A DNA stretch of 64,000 nt, taken from contig JAPEUI010000050.1 in assembly GCA_026025075.1 (NCBI GenBank), positions 1-64,000 of the forward strand, written 5' to 3'. Position 1 is the stretch's first letter. Each line of letters begins with the position of its first letter. This DNA comes from Vezdaea acicularis. Its lineage: Eukaryota. Position numbers and translations under genes: made by a program. Below the pieces are notes generated by a model. That model did not search any database. It was not told the DNA's origin and worked only from the letters and a program-made list of their open reading frames with translations. This document shows positions 1-11,463 of the stretch, in pieces.

Positions 1-1079
1 CGTGCTGCTGCTTCTGCTGGAAGCCAGGATACCGTTGATTGCTGGAACGATGGGGGAGAATGCTTGGAAGTAGCCCACCACGCTTAACCGATGTGGGAAA
101 CCTTCACCTGAGCGCCAGAGCCCGGCCAAATCGGCAGCACACCACCGCCGTCGAATCTTATTCGGTCCAGCGGCCAGAAGAGAGAAAGCCTCTCGACCTC
201 TTTCTTCCTTGCACCATCAGCCGTTGAACACGCCACATTGACACTCGTCGCCGCTGGTTCTCTCTGGCGCCGTCCTCGCATGGCGACTTAGTCGCCTTCA
301 ATCTCGTGCCCCCCTGCTCCCCATATCGATCATCCAGCGCGATGGCTTGCACCTGGCACAGCATGGCTGATTCCGAAAGTCATAATACCCACGCTGCCGA
401 ACCCTCGTCTCGCGACCCTCTCCCCCTTCTCGAGCCCTCCATCCCAAGCCGCGAACCGGAACGGGTAGGCCAGCTTTGAAAGGGTCCCCGAAATCTGCAG
501 CCAATCCTTGCCGCCGTGTTCCTCGTCCTCTCCAGGCCCTTGCATCACTGTGCGTGGCCGTTGACTGCATGCGCTGTGCTCGTACGCCTTCGTGATCGTC
601 GTCCCCTTCCAATCGCTCGAACCGGTTCTGTTTGGGCGCGTGCTGCAATCAGCCCATACGAATTCATCGCAGCTGCCCTATGACCGTCGCCATTGGTCGA
701 TTTGTCACCCCTTTCGATCTTGCCTGTCACACCCCGATTGCATATTATTTCCGAGGCGAGCTGTTGTCTAAAGTCCTGAGAAGTTCGGAGTAAGGTGGGG
801 GGGAAAGAATAGTTTTTCAGCCTTGACCCGCGCTGGATGAACATCTTTTTTTTGACATCACAACGCGCGAGTACTGTAGTTTTTAAGCTGGGACCAAAAA
901 GATAAAAAGGCATTCAGAGGTACAGAACATAGCCTGGTGCGGACTTTGCGTCAAATTCCGGGCTTCCGGAAGTACTCCCAGATCACAGGCCCGGATTTTC
1001 GGATTCACCGAGGGGCGGCTCTGCAGAATCAGCAATCAACCCTCTTAACAAAAGACCTTCGGGTCACAATACCGTCATC

Positions 1080-1917
1080 GTGGATATCTCACTCCTTCTC
1101 ATGCCCAAGGACCAGAATGAATCCCAATCAACGGGCGTTTCACGGTCGTCGTCGGTCCCGACCACCGCGACGGCTCCACCAACGAAACGATCTCAGCCGT
1201 CACATCCGTCCGAATCACCAGCAAAGAAGCAATCAAAATGGTCCCCCAGTGAAGATGCCACTATCATCGAGCTACGGCAGACCGGAATGAAGTGGGAAGA
1301 CATCTCCAAGCGGCTACCTGGTCGATCGGCGATATCTTGTCGGCTCCACTATCAAAATTATCTAGAAAGACGAAGTGAGTGGGACGAAGACCGTAAAAAC
1401 AAGCTAGCGCGCTTATATGAGAGGTAAGAGGATCCGTCTGCCTCAATTGCCGCCCATGCGAACCTGCTTGAAGCTGTTGTATCGACTAGATTGTTTTTTT
1501 ATCTTTCTTTCACTCTTTGAAGGCGCTGACCTGGTGCTCGGCGGCAGGTTCAAGCCAGACATGTGGTCTAAAATAGCTGAAGAGATGGCCATTCCATGGA
1601 GAGCGGCCGAGGCCATGCACTGGCAACTAGGAGAGCAAGAGATGGCTCGCCGAGCCGGAGTCGTGCCGTTCTCGCTTTCGAACGTCAATCCGGAGACCCC
1701 ACCGAAGAGTCGGCGTAGCAGCGGATCGAGCACCAAGTCCAAGAAAGAAGCTGCATCTCGACAGCAAGGGCAGCTACCATCAGTCGCGGAGATCACCTCT
1801 GCTCAGGGTCTGACGTACCCTATCCTGGATGCTCGTCCTTCCCTTTCGCAGTCATCGACCGAGCTGGAGGGCGAAAACCCACCAGAGACGCTTAATCCCA
1901 AGGCGTCAGGCGATTAA
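1080..1917 (+). CDS. Myb/SANT DNA-binding domain protein (2 exons, intron 1424-1547; start either GTG 1080 or ATG 1101)
   Basis: Myb repeat KWSPSEDATIIELRQTGMKWEDISKRLPGRSAISCRLHYQNYL. The GTAAG..CTGAC..CAG intron joins LYER to FKPDMWSKIAEEMAIPWRAAEAMHW in frame. Confidence 0.9.
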
Positions 1918-2066
1918 CATAAGATGGAATTTTCGCGCCCACTTAGGTTGTCGGATGGTTTTTTACGATTGTTCTCTTGACGAATACCGGCATCGGGGAG
2001 TTTTGGTGTCTCAGAAAGGGGCACAGCGAAGGAACATGAATCTGCCGGAAGCGTTGAAACTTTTTA

Positions 2067-2990
2067 TTACCATGATCGGGCTGCAACGGCCCACCAATTA
2101 TCTTTCTCATATCCGGAGTCCAACACGATACCACCTGCCTCGGTGATATCTCTCTCTAAATCTCCAGCGCGGTAAAGGTGATAATACCGGAGTACCTTGG
2201 TGTTTCCGTTATCCGTAACCCAAGGGACTAGAACATCTTGTTCATCACTCTCGCTCCATCCTCGTCGACTCGTCTTCTGCTCGAGGGCCCAGACGTATAT
2301 CAGCAACTTTCCAGCGTGAGCATGAGCGGCTTCTGGCTTAAGGGTTGAATCTTCCCTGGAGGACTTTCCCTTGCCTTGCTCGGCCGGTAGGAGACATTCG
2401 AGCATTGCCTTAATAGCATCCTGGCGTCTTTGGGTAGTAGAAAGGTGGTGGATGACGGCAATGGCGATGGCAAAGTCGAAGAGTCGTGGCGGATGGGGCA
2501 GCGAGAGCATATCTGCCACCAAAGATGAATGAGGTTCATGCTTGGACGCGATTTTCACCAGAGACTCGGATCTGCGGGAGAATAATGTCAGCATGTATGT
2601 TCCTTCCGTTCGGGTGGAAAGCCTAGTCAGCGTTCGGAATTCTGCACGCACTTACCTATCTGAGCCAATGATGAAAACGTTAGGGTTCACGGCCAGGTAC
2701 TTTCCATTCCCACATCCCACGTCGAGTCCAATAGATCCAACGGGGAGTTTTCTCAGGAAATCTTCCACGATTGGCCATGGCTGTTGCATCGAATCAGTGT
2801 TTAGCCCTAAAGCCGCCAAGAAATGGGACGGTGCATGACTGAGCTCACGCACCTTGTACCTTGTTGACGAGAAATGCTTGGCGATTCGCTCGTAGACCTG
2901 ATGGACATGTTCACTCTCATAAACTTCTTCCTTGAGAACATCTGTTAGAGGGGCAGCCACTTCTGACACGGTCTCTTCGACATTGCTCAT
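2067..2990 (-). CDS. TRM9: tRNA (carboxymethyluridine-34) methyltransferase, Trm9/ALKBH8-like, intron-containing
   Basis: [31 protein letters not shown] motif [41 protein letters not shown]. Confidence 0.92.
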
Positions 2991-3246
2991 GGCGCCTTGC
3001 ACGTCCGGCAAACGGGGGAGCGCCGTGGGCAAACGCGGTCGATTGAGCTCGAACGCTTTTTGGGGGGCCAGCTCGAGTAAATCAAAATAGATCCAGATCT
3101 GCGAGGCGCACAACCGGGCTTTTCCCAACAGGACGCCGCACAGCACGCACGCAAGCAAGCAGGCAAACAAGCAAGGGAGGACGGGACTTATGGGTTTATC
3201 TACGAGGAAGGGCAAAAGCAACGAGGGAGAGCATTTATATTTCAGC

Positions 3247-4264
3247 GAGCGCGTCGACGAGGGGCCCCTGGTAGAACGAACATGCGGGGAGTTGTCACGA
3301 CATGGAATTACTCGTGCCTGGCCCCCCCGTACCAGGTGGACGGGGCCCGCTTAGGGGAGCTCCAGTAGGCGCCACCCTACCTGGAGCCCCCTTGCCCGTC
3401 ACCGCGGAGTCTGGACTCCCGCAGACCCTACCACGCCCCTTCTAGGCGGGACCCGAGCCGCGATCAGCACGCGGATGCACCTCCGATTCGCATGTGAGCG
3501 GTTGACTGTTCTCGACGGTGTTGTGTGTTCAGACTCATCGCGTTTGGCGTCGCGGATTCGTGTTTGTGCCGCTACCTCGAAGCTTTGTCCCACACCGCGA
3601 GTCAAAGTATCAAGCCCATTGTGCCACAGCTCCATGCCTGGCGCGGGCGTGGTTGGCCGTCACAGCCGTCGTGGGGTCGTCGGCGCTCGATATTTATACT
3701 TCCGGCCCTAAGCCCACGGGACGCGAGGGCGCCACCACTTTTGGCGTTAGCGAGATCTGCACGGTGGTTCGGGCGTGGGCGGTGGGTGCGCGCTACACTA
3801 GTGGCCCACCGGAACGACCCTTCTCCGCTCATAAACCACCGATCATCCGATTATCATCGTGGCTTTTCTCTTGGAGAGCTCATTGTAACTGTCTGCACGC
3901 CTCTGACCCCACCGAGCGAAGCTTCATCTCGCCCTTCTCGTACACTGCATTGGCTTGATCGTTCGCCTTTGCCCTCTGAGCCCAGAAATCACCTCTTGAA
4001 ACGGCCAGGACCACCGCTGAGTTGCATCGATGTCGCCCAGGAGAAGATTGACGTCAGATGAGAGGCCCACCCGGCCAGACACATCTCATTCCTCTCGCCT
4101 CCGTTGCCCCTCATTAGAGGCTTCATTGTATCCGTCTGCCTTAGGATTGATTGTTTCATTTGGTCGTGAGGGGGGGCTTTGTTTGACCGGAGGACAATAG
4201 GCTTGTGCCTATTTCTGAAACGTGACCCTATTGATAGTCAATCAGTGATCAAAGAAACTTGATC
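3247..4264 (+). ncRNA. Candidate large structured RNA or structured 5' leader upstream of the USP gene
   Basis: Many nested helices seen by eye with + strand G-U pairs (see findings); no family recognised. Confidence 0.45.
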
Positions 4265-4362
4265 CGCGCTAGATTTTTTCATTGAGTGTTCTGTTTGAAG
4301 CTATTGTCCTTCGCTTACCCCGTAACACGGCGCAACCCTCATCAGAGGAGGCGGGAAATACA

Positions 4363-7300
4363 ATGGCTACCCTCACAATGGAGGTGCCTTTCCTCCCAAC
4401 AAAGAGCGAAGCCACCTCTTTTCCTCCATCTTCCATCTACAAAGAAATCGTGTTGAGCCTCTCGCTACACAATCAACACACAACATTCTCCACGCCTTCA
4501 AATTTGAACGCAGGCGCCTTGAGCATATTGTTGAATCACCCTATAGCTTTCGTTCCTGCAACCGCAAAGACCTCGAGAATCGGAATGGAGGACCATCTAG
4601 AAGCTCTGGAGCGCAAGAATCCGATTGGATTTCTCAGGAAGGATCTGGTAAGTCAATCCACGAGCCACTCATGGCTTGATCGCTAAAACGTTTGCTCTCG
4701 ACAAGGCCAGCATGTACCACGCATATTTTCCACTAGAGGTAGAGCAGGAAGCTATAGACGGGCCGGCAGAACGTCCTAAGGCCGTGGGCATGTCAAACCC
4801 TAATTTCCAACTTTGCTATCGCAACGCAGCTATGCAGTCTCTCCTACACTGTGCCACCTTCGTGAGCTGGACCCAATACCATGAAGAGAACATTTGTAAG
4901 TCTGGAAGGCGAAGATTGGTTGCATTCATGTTTTCTAACCTCAGTCAGGTAAGGGTGAGAATAAAAGAGAGGGGGTCACGGATGGAAGCTGCATAATATG
5001 CTTTCTAAGCCTGGTCTGCGCCACCTATTGGGCACCAGGAGGAAACTCAACCGAACTCGATAGCGTTCTTAAGACATTCTTTGGGTGGGGGCGTAATAGT
5101 GAGTGCATTTCGCTATCTGTATAGATCACGCAACTGAATTTACTAGATGACTGGGACCTACCTGGCCAGCAAGATTCAGAGGAATGGGTCCGCTGGGTCC
5201 TGGCGAAGGCACGGGAGTCAGTTCCCGACAATGACGTGTGAGTCCACCGCCAACCCACTGTACATTCTCTAGGAAACTAACTTGAAGCAGACGTTTCACG
5301 GATGACCTGAGGGACGTGAATGTTATCGAGGCTCTCTTTCACATCGAGCTCAAGCACGTCAATAAATGCATGGGCTGCAACAAGAAGTCTCTCGTGCCTT
5401 CCGACAATGAGTCAACATTACAAGTGAAACTTCCTCAAGGTGACCACGGGCCTAGCAATATTTCCACCCTCATCCGGGAAACTTTGAACGGCACGTTGAC
5501 AAAGCGCTGCGAAAATGAAAGTTGTCCTCTATCAACGAAAGATGGTGAAGGTTGTGAACACTCGAGTCGAAGGAGAATTCTGAACTCTCCCGAGATTCTC
5601 ATCGTGGCACTATCTCGGGGAGTCTACGAGGTGGAGACAGGGTCCTTCATCAAAAACCCTGCTCAGGTCAAATACCCCAGATTCCTTAGCCTCACAAAAT
5701 TTCTGGATAAGGATCACGACGCGGACTCTCTTGAGTACGAACTTGTATCTGTTGTCTCTCATGAAGGAGAGAGCATGAGGGAAGGACACTATCTAGCACA
5801 TGCTAAAACCGCTTTCTTCACGGAAGACGGCGAGCTGCGATGGACATATGTCCGAATCGATGACTCCAAGATATTGGAATGCGGCATGGGTGAAATCTTG
5901 CATCCAAGTTCGGATTGGGTTTTGACACCTTATCTACTCTTTTACACGAAGATACATGGCAACAAACGCGCTCACAGGCAGAAGAGGAAGAGGCGCCACG
6001 AAGATCAAGCCTACAAACCGGTTGACGAGGAAGAGTCGGAGTACGACGAGTACGAGGACGAAGACGAGAGCCCGAGCAGAAAGAAACGAAATACAAGTGA
6101 AGAGTCATCGTTCACAGGCAGTTCACCATACAGCACTTCATCGAAGACGAGCCTAAGCAGTGTGAGTTCCATGGTGGGAGGAAGAACACGAAAGAGAAGA
6201 CGTAGCGAGGAGGATGAAGTGGAAGATGCCGCTTTTGAAGCACAGCATGTTGCGAAGAGACTAAGGTCGAATAGTAGCACGCCGACGAAAATCTCACGTA
6301 AGAAATCCCCACCCATATCCACCCAAGCTCGAGAGACTCCACCAAAGGGGATCATTGCTAACGAGAGAACAGCGAAAGCGGCTGCGGTTAGAAGCCCGGA
6401 TGCGACGCTGAAGCAAACACCCGAAGAGCCCTCCCCGAAAAAGACTCCGCCCAAGAGCAGTTCACCAAAAGATGCACCACTAAAGCCTCTGCCCGTGAGC
6501 CGTTCGCCCAAAAGAAGTTCACCAAAAGATACAACATTGAAGCCTCCGCCCAAGAGCAGTTCTACGGAAGAAACACCATCGAACTCCTCGCCAAGGTGTA
6601 GTCCGCCAAAGGACACTTCGCCCAGGAGCAGTTCGCTCAGGAGCAGTTCGCTCAGGAGCAGTTCGCTCAGGAGCAGTTCGCTCAGGAGCAGTTCGCTCAG
6701 GAGCAGTTCGCTCAGGAGCAGTTCGCTCAGGAGCAGTTCGCCCAAGAGCACTTCGCCAAAGGGCACACCGTCGAGAGTAATCTCGAAAAAGGGAGAGGAA
6801 GGGGAGGGCAGTGGTGCGATCCTAGGAGAGAGGACCACCTCCACGATGAGGTCGCCGAAGCAACTCCGGAGACCTAGGACTCCGTCCCCGAAGGGACGTG
6901 ATATGGGCAAGGCTCTTCAGACGAGCGCTGGAGATACCCCTCCCAAGCCTGGGACGCCAAAGGGGAGCCCAAGGTCCAAGAGCGGCCCCCAAAGGGCGCA
7001 AAGCTCAGCGGTGGGCGTCGAAACTGTTGGAGAGCAGAGCGAACTTCAAAGGTCCTCTCCAACAGGAGCTCTAAGCTTGGGGAAAGGGGCGAGCAGTCCA
7101 ACGGAGGACTCTCGCCAATCAGATACCGGCTCGAAGAGGAAGCGGGAGTTGGAGGATGGAACCCGGGTCGATGGCGTTGACGAGGAAAGAACGCCAAAGA
7201 GGAAGCGGGGTCCGACCGACGGCGACAACAAGGGCGAAACTCTTGGAGGGAAAAGCGCACCAGAGATCTGCGAGGCGTTGGACCCTCCGTCATCGCCCGC

Positions 7301-8270
7301 AGATAGCCCTCCAGACGCCAGCACTCCGTCGACAACCTCGGGATGGGATAGTCTCTTCGACGATGACGGCTGGAGCGTTGAGAGGGCCGATGAAGACGTG
7401 GCACCGAAGAAGCCAACTCCTGTGGTGTCACCATTATCACAATCGAAGAGGAGTCCTTCGAGTGTCAGCGCTACGTCCGAGGCCTCGAGGCGGAAACGCA
7501 GCTCCAGCGACGCCGCCAAGAGCGTTAAGATCGCCGAAGAGAGGGGTACGCCAAAGACTCCCACCCCCCTTGGGCCCCGATCGTCAAAGGCGAAGAGCAG
7601 CCCGCCGAAAGCCGCTCTTCCATCAACGCCCTCGCCAGAGCGAAGGCGGCTCTTCGGTGACGGCGTCAAGAGCGTCGAGGTCATCGAAGAGAGGAGCACG
7701 CCCAAGACCCCCTCCCCTCCGGGACTGCGATCGTCGCAAACGAAGAGCAGTCCCGCACAAGCAACATTCCCATCCAGGACCTCTCCAAAGCGGAAACGGG
7801 GCTCCAGTGACGCCGACAAGAGCGTCGAGATCATTGAGGGGAAAGGCTCGCCCAACCCCCCCACCCCTCCCGAACTGCGACCGTCAGCACCGAAGAGCAG
7901 TCCGCCAAACCCCGCCCTCCCCTCCACGCCCCCACGAAAACGGAGGCGGAGCACCTCGGACAGCGAGGACGCCCCCGCCATCGACTCCCTCCGCAGCGAC
8001 AGCGGCAACAACGCCCTCACTCCTCCCCAGCAGCCCAAAGCCACGCTGCCACCCCACAAACCGCGCAAGTCTCGTCAAGAGCTACAGCAGTACCGCGATG
8101 AAATTCTCTCCGTCATCAACGCAGAGAAAGAGCGGTTGCGCCTTGTGGAGCGGGAGCTGAAGCTGATGGAACGCAGGGAGAAGAAGGAGGAGCGCAGGGA
8201 AGTGCGGAGACGGAATCTTCTCCGTGAGCTCAGGGAGTCGGCTAAGGGCAAGAAAGGGAGGAGTGTGTGA
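4363..8270 (+). CDS. Divergent ubiquitin C-terminal hydrolase (USP, peptidase C19) with a long Ser/Pro/Lys/Arg low-complexity tail; 4 introns before ~5290; start 4363 (alternative 4585)
   Basis: Cys box GMSNPNFQLCYRNAAMQSL, PGQQDSEEW box in a spliced exon, CMGC...C zinc finger, and His box YELVSVVSHEG..GHY...IDDS. The exons join in frame via GTAAGT/GTGAGT donors. Confidence 0.85.
6624..6743 (+). repeat. Coding 15-bp tandem repeat (AGGAGCAGTTCGCTC)x7 plus one variant, encoding (RSSSL)7 RSSSP
   Basis: Read directly; seven perfect units. Confidence 0.97.
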
Positions 8271-9068
8271 GTGCTTTTGGGGATATGCATCCCAAGAGCG
8301 TCGATATCATTGAGCAGAGAAGCGCGCCGAAACCCCTCACCCCTTCCAAACGGCGACCATCACCACCGAAGAGCAGTCTACCAAACCCCGCCTTCCCCTC
8401 CACGCCCTCACGAAAGCAGAGGCGCACCAGTCCAACCGGCGAAGACGCCCCCACCCTCGACCTCCGCAGCAGTACTAGCAGCAACGCCTTCACTCCCTCC
8501 CAGCAGCCCAAAGCCACGCCACCGCCCCACAAACTGCGCGAGTCTCGTCAAGAGCTACAACACCAGTACCGCAATGAAGTTCTCTCCGTCATCAACGCAG
8601 AGAAAGAGCGGTTGTGCCTTGTGGAGCGGGAGCTAAAGCTGATGGAGCGCGGGAAGAAGATGGAGGAGCGCAGGGAGGTACGGGGACGGGATCTTCTCCG
8701 CTAGTACAAGGAGGCGGCCAAGAGCAGGGAGGGGAGGACTGGGTGAGTGACCAACCGGCGACGACGCCCCTACCATCGACCTTCGCAGCAGCACCAGCAA
8801 CAGCAGCGCTCGCACTCCTTCCCAGCAGCCCAAAGCCACGCCACCGCCCCACAAACCGCGCAAGTCTCGTCAAGAGCTACAACAACAGTACCGCAATGAA
8901 CTTCTCTCCGTCGTCAACGCTGAGAACGAGCGGTTGCGCCTTGTGGAGCGGGAGCTGAAGCTGATGGAACGCAGGGAGAAGAATGAGGAGCGCAGGGAGG
9001 TGCGGAGACGGGATCTTCTTCGCAAGCTTAAGGAGGCGGCTAAGAGCAAGAAGGTGAGGAGTAGTGTG
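8267..9068 (+). repeat. Two further tandem, diverged copies (about 8267-8748 and 8751-9068) of the USP C-terminal module
   Basis: Both copies translate to near-copies of TPPQQPKATLPPHKPRKSRQELQQYRDEILSVINAEKERLRLVERELKLMERREK. Copy 2 has a TAG at 8702-8704. Confidence 0.92.
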
Positions 9069-9811
9069 TCCTTTCGGGGAGGTGTCTGTGTAGGAGAGTT
9101 TGTCGGGGTAGTGGAGGGAATGTCTGACGGAAGAGGAGGGGGCATGTTCGAGATAGCTGGTCTACCTCCTCCCCCTTCTTCGCGCTCGTACTTCGGTCTG
9201 TCCATCCAGTCGGTTCAGTCCAGCTCAGCTCGTGTCTTCTCCGCCTGTTCTAGTCACGAAGATTCTTTGCTTCGCTAGAGCGCTTTCTGTCGTCTACTTC
9301 GAGCATTTCGCCAGCGGGTTTTCCCTCTCTTGGTTTCTATCTTCTCCCTGGGGTATCTTGCATGGGCCTTCTGAAGCATTTCTGCATTGGGTCTGGGCAT
9401 CTCGGCGTTTATCATAGAGAGGTTTCTTAAAAGTGCTGTTGGTTGGGCATAGATGGAACGGGAGTTTTTTTTCTCTTTTGATCGCTTGATTGAGATTGCT
9501 GATGTGTGAATTGTGGAGACTTTGTGAATTGTGTGAACTGTATGGACTGTAGATTTATGTGAAGTATGTAGCCTACGAGAATTGATAACGGCGCCGCATG
9601 ATGCCCCACTTCCCAACATTCTCCCCTCCCCCCCTCCCCCCCCACCTTACCCCGCCTAGTCCATCTCATCCATCACCACTATTCACTACCTCTAGCCTCC
9701 TCCCATCCTTTCCCCCCTTCATATCCCTTCCCCTCATACCCCCTCACCCTCTATCCCTCTCTTGTTCTAACAACCCTGACCTCATCTCCATCCCCCTCCC
9801 GTCCTGCCCCC

Positions 9812-11463
9812 TCATCTCTCGACCTCACCACTGGCCCCTTCCTCTCCACCCCTCCCCACCTGCCTCAGACATCGCAAGCCCCCCTTCCAAACCTCGATCT
9901 CAACACCCACTTCCCCTTCCACCCCACCTTCTCCGCACGTACTCGTCGTCGTCGTCCGTGGCGCCCAGGGCGAGAAAACCAGACGGGCCCAGCGGCGCCA
10001 ATCCGAGTTTACGGTTTCGTCTGAGGGATGGTGATGGGGAAGGGAGTGATCTTGTCGTCGTTGTCGAATCAGCGCAACACGGCAGGCGAGTTGGTTCGTC
10101 CATGTGAGGCCTAGGGCTGGGGTTTTTAGGTTGCGGTGGGGAAGTTGAGGATGAGTCTGAGGATGAGGCTGAGATGAGGGAAGGAGGGTGGTAGGAGGAG
10201 CGGCGGCCCAGCCGGAGAAAAAGTTGAGTTGGTGGTCATACGATAATAAGTCGCCTATCGGCGTGGTCGTCGTGGTGAAGGGTGTGGTGCTCGAGGTGGG
10301 CGGAACAGGGGAGGAGGTAGGTGCTGGGGCTGAGGAGAGGGGAAAGGAGGGTTTAGGGGCGGGGGAAGTGGTTTCTGTTCCTGTCCCTGGTCCAGACCAG
10401 TTGATGGGGAGTGGGGTGGGTGGGATGAAGCGTTCGAAGCGGTCGGCGACTTGGTTGGCGACGACCACGGCGACGCCCCAGTCGTGGCAGAGGGCGCGGA
10501 GGCAGGCGCCTAACTTCAGCAACTCGTCGGCGCGGAGAGCTAGGGATTTGCCCCTGTTTCCCCCCCCTCCTACAGGAGCGTCAGAGGCGTCGCCGCGGAA
10601 GTTTCCGGCGACGGAGTCGAGGGCGATGAGGGTGCATGGGTGTGGAGTGGATTTTAGGCGGCGCAGGAGGACGGGGACGTGGTATGTTAGGACGTGCGTC
10701 TGGGCTTCGAGGTCGGCGGTGTGGATGCTGTGGATGTGGGAGAGAGAGGGGCAGGAGGGGGCCGGGAGGGAGAGGAGGGCGGGGTGGGTGGTTTGGAGGT
10801 GGGTTAGGCGGAGGGTCGAGAGGGGGTGTTCGGTTGAGATGTAGAGGGTTGACGAGAGGGTCGCGGGTGGAGAAGGCTGGTTGGGGGTAGATGAGGTAGG
10901 TGGAGAGGAGGAGGGTGGTAGGAGTTGCGCGGAGAGGAGGAGCGTGTGGAGGAGGAGAGTCTTGCCCGTCCCGCTATAACGTTCCAGCGTCAGACTCACA
11001 TTCATAACGCAGACTGGGAAAAGGGAGACAGAAAAACTTACGACTCTCCCACCACCTCGCTGATATACCCCGCCTGAAAGCCTCCTCCAAGCATCTCATC
11101 CAGCTTCGGATCAAGCGTCGAGATCATCCTCCACGGCGCATCGACGAGTTCCTCCCCTGTCTTGCTCAGCCAGCCCTTCCTCCTACCCTCACATAATTCT
11201 TCCTTGCTAGCATGGCTCGCAGCGATATCTACACCTTCGACTACTTTATCTTGGTCAATGCCGAGCTCGCCTTGCAATGCAGCGAGCAAGCATTCAACCA
11301 GCCTCCTAACATCCGGGCCGGGCACATTAGCGCGTTTGGCGATAGTGAGCGCGTCGAGCGTGATCAGATCAATCGTGGTGAGCCGAGCACGCTCGAGAGA
11401 CGGAAGAAGGTGGGAATATACCGTCGGAGGTAGGTATGGGACGGTAAGGAGGAGATCGGTCAT
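9812..11463 (-). CDS. RAD57: Rad51 paralog Rad57/XRCC3-like (intron 10974-11041)
   Basis: N-terminus MTDLL..YSHLLPSLE...TIDLITLD, ISTLDPKLDEMLGGG, spliced Walker A GESGTGKT, YISTE, Walker B LIALDSVA, VVVANQVADRF, PALGLTWTNQLACRVAL. Confidence 0.92.

Noticed and set aside
3705..3715. GCCCTAAGCCC as a 1.5-repeat template for a TTAGGGC telomere
   Set aside because: The second GCCC is in a helix with 3774-3780, and I have no evidence for such a telomere repeat. Worth revisiting only if the assembly ends show it.
6011..8160. Long antisense and alternative-frame ORFs (299, 340, 334 aa) over the USP tail
   Set aside because: Shadows of GC-rich repetitive coding sequence with no domain signature.
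8267..9068. Transposon/LTR, CRISPR-like array or RIP-mutated repeat
   Set aside because: The units are duplicated host coding sequence with no TIR, TSD or spacer pattern, and I saw no clear CpA-to-TpA excess.
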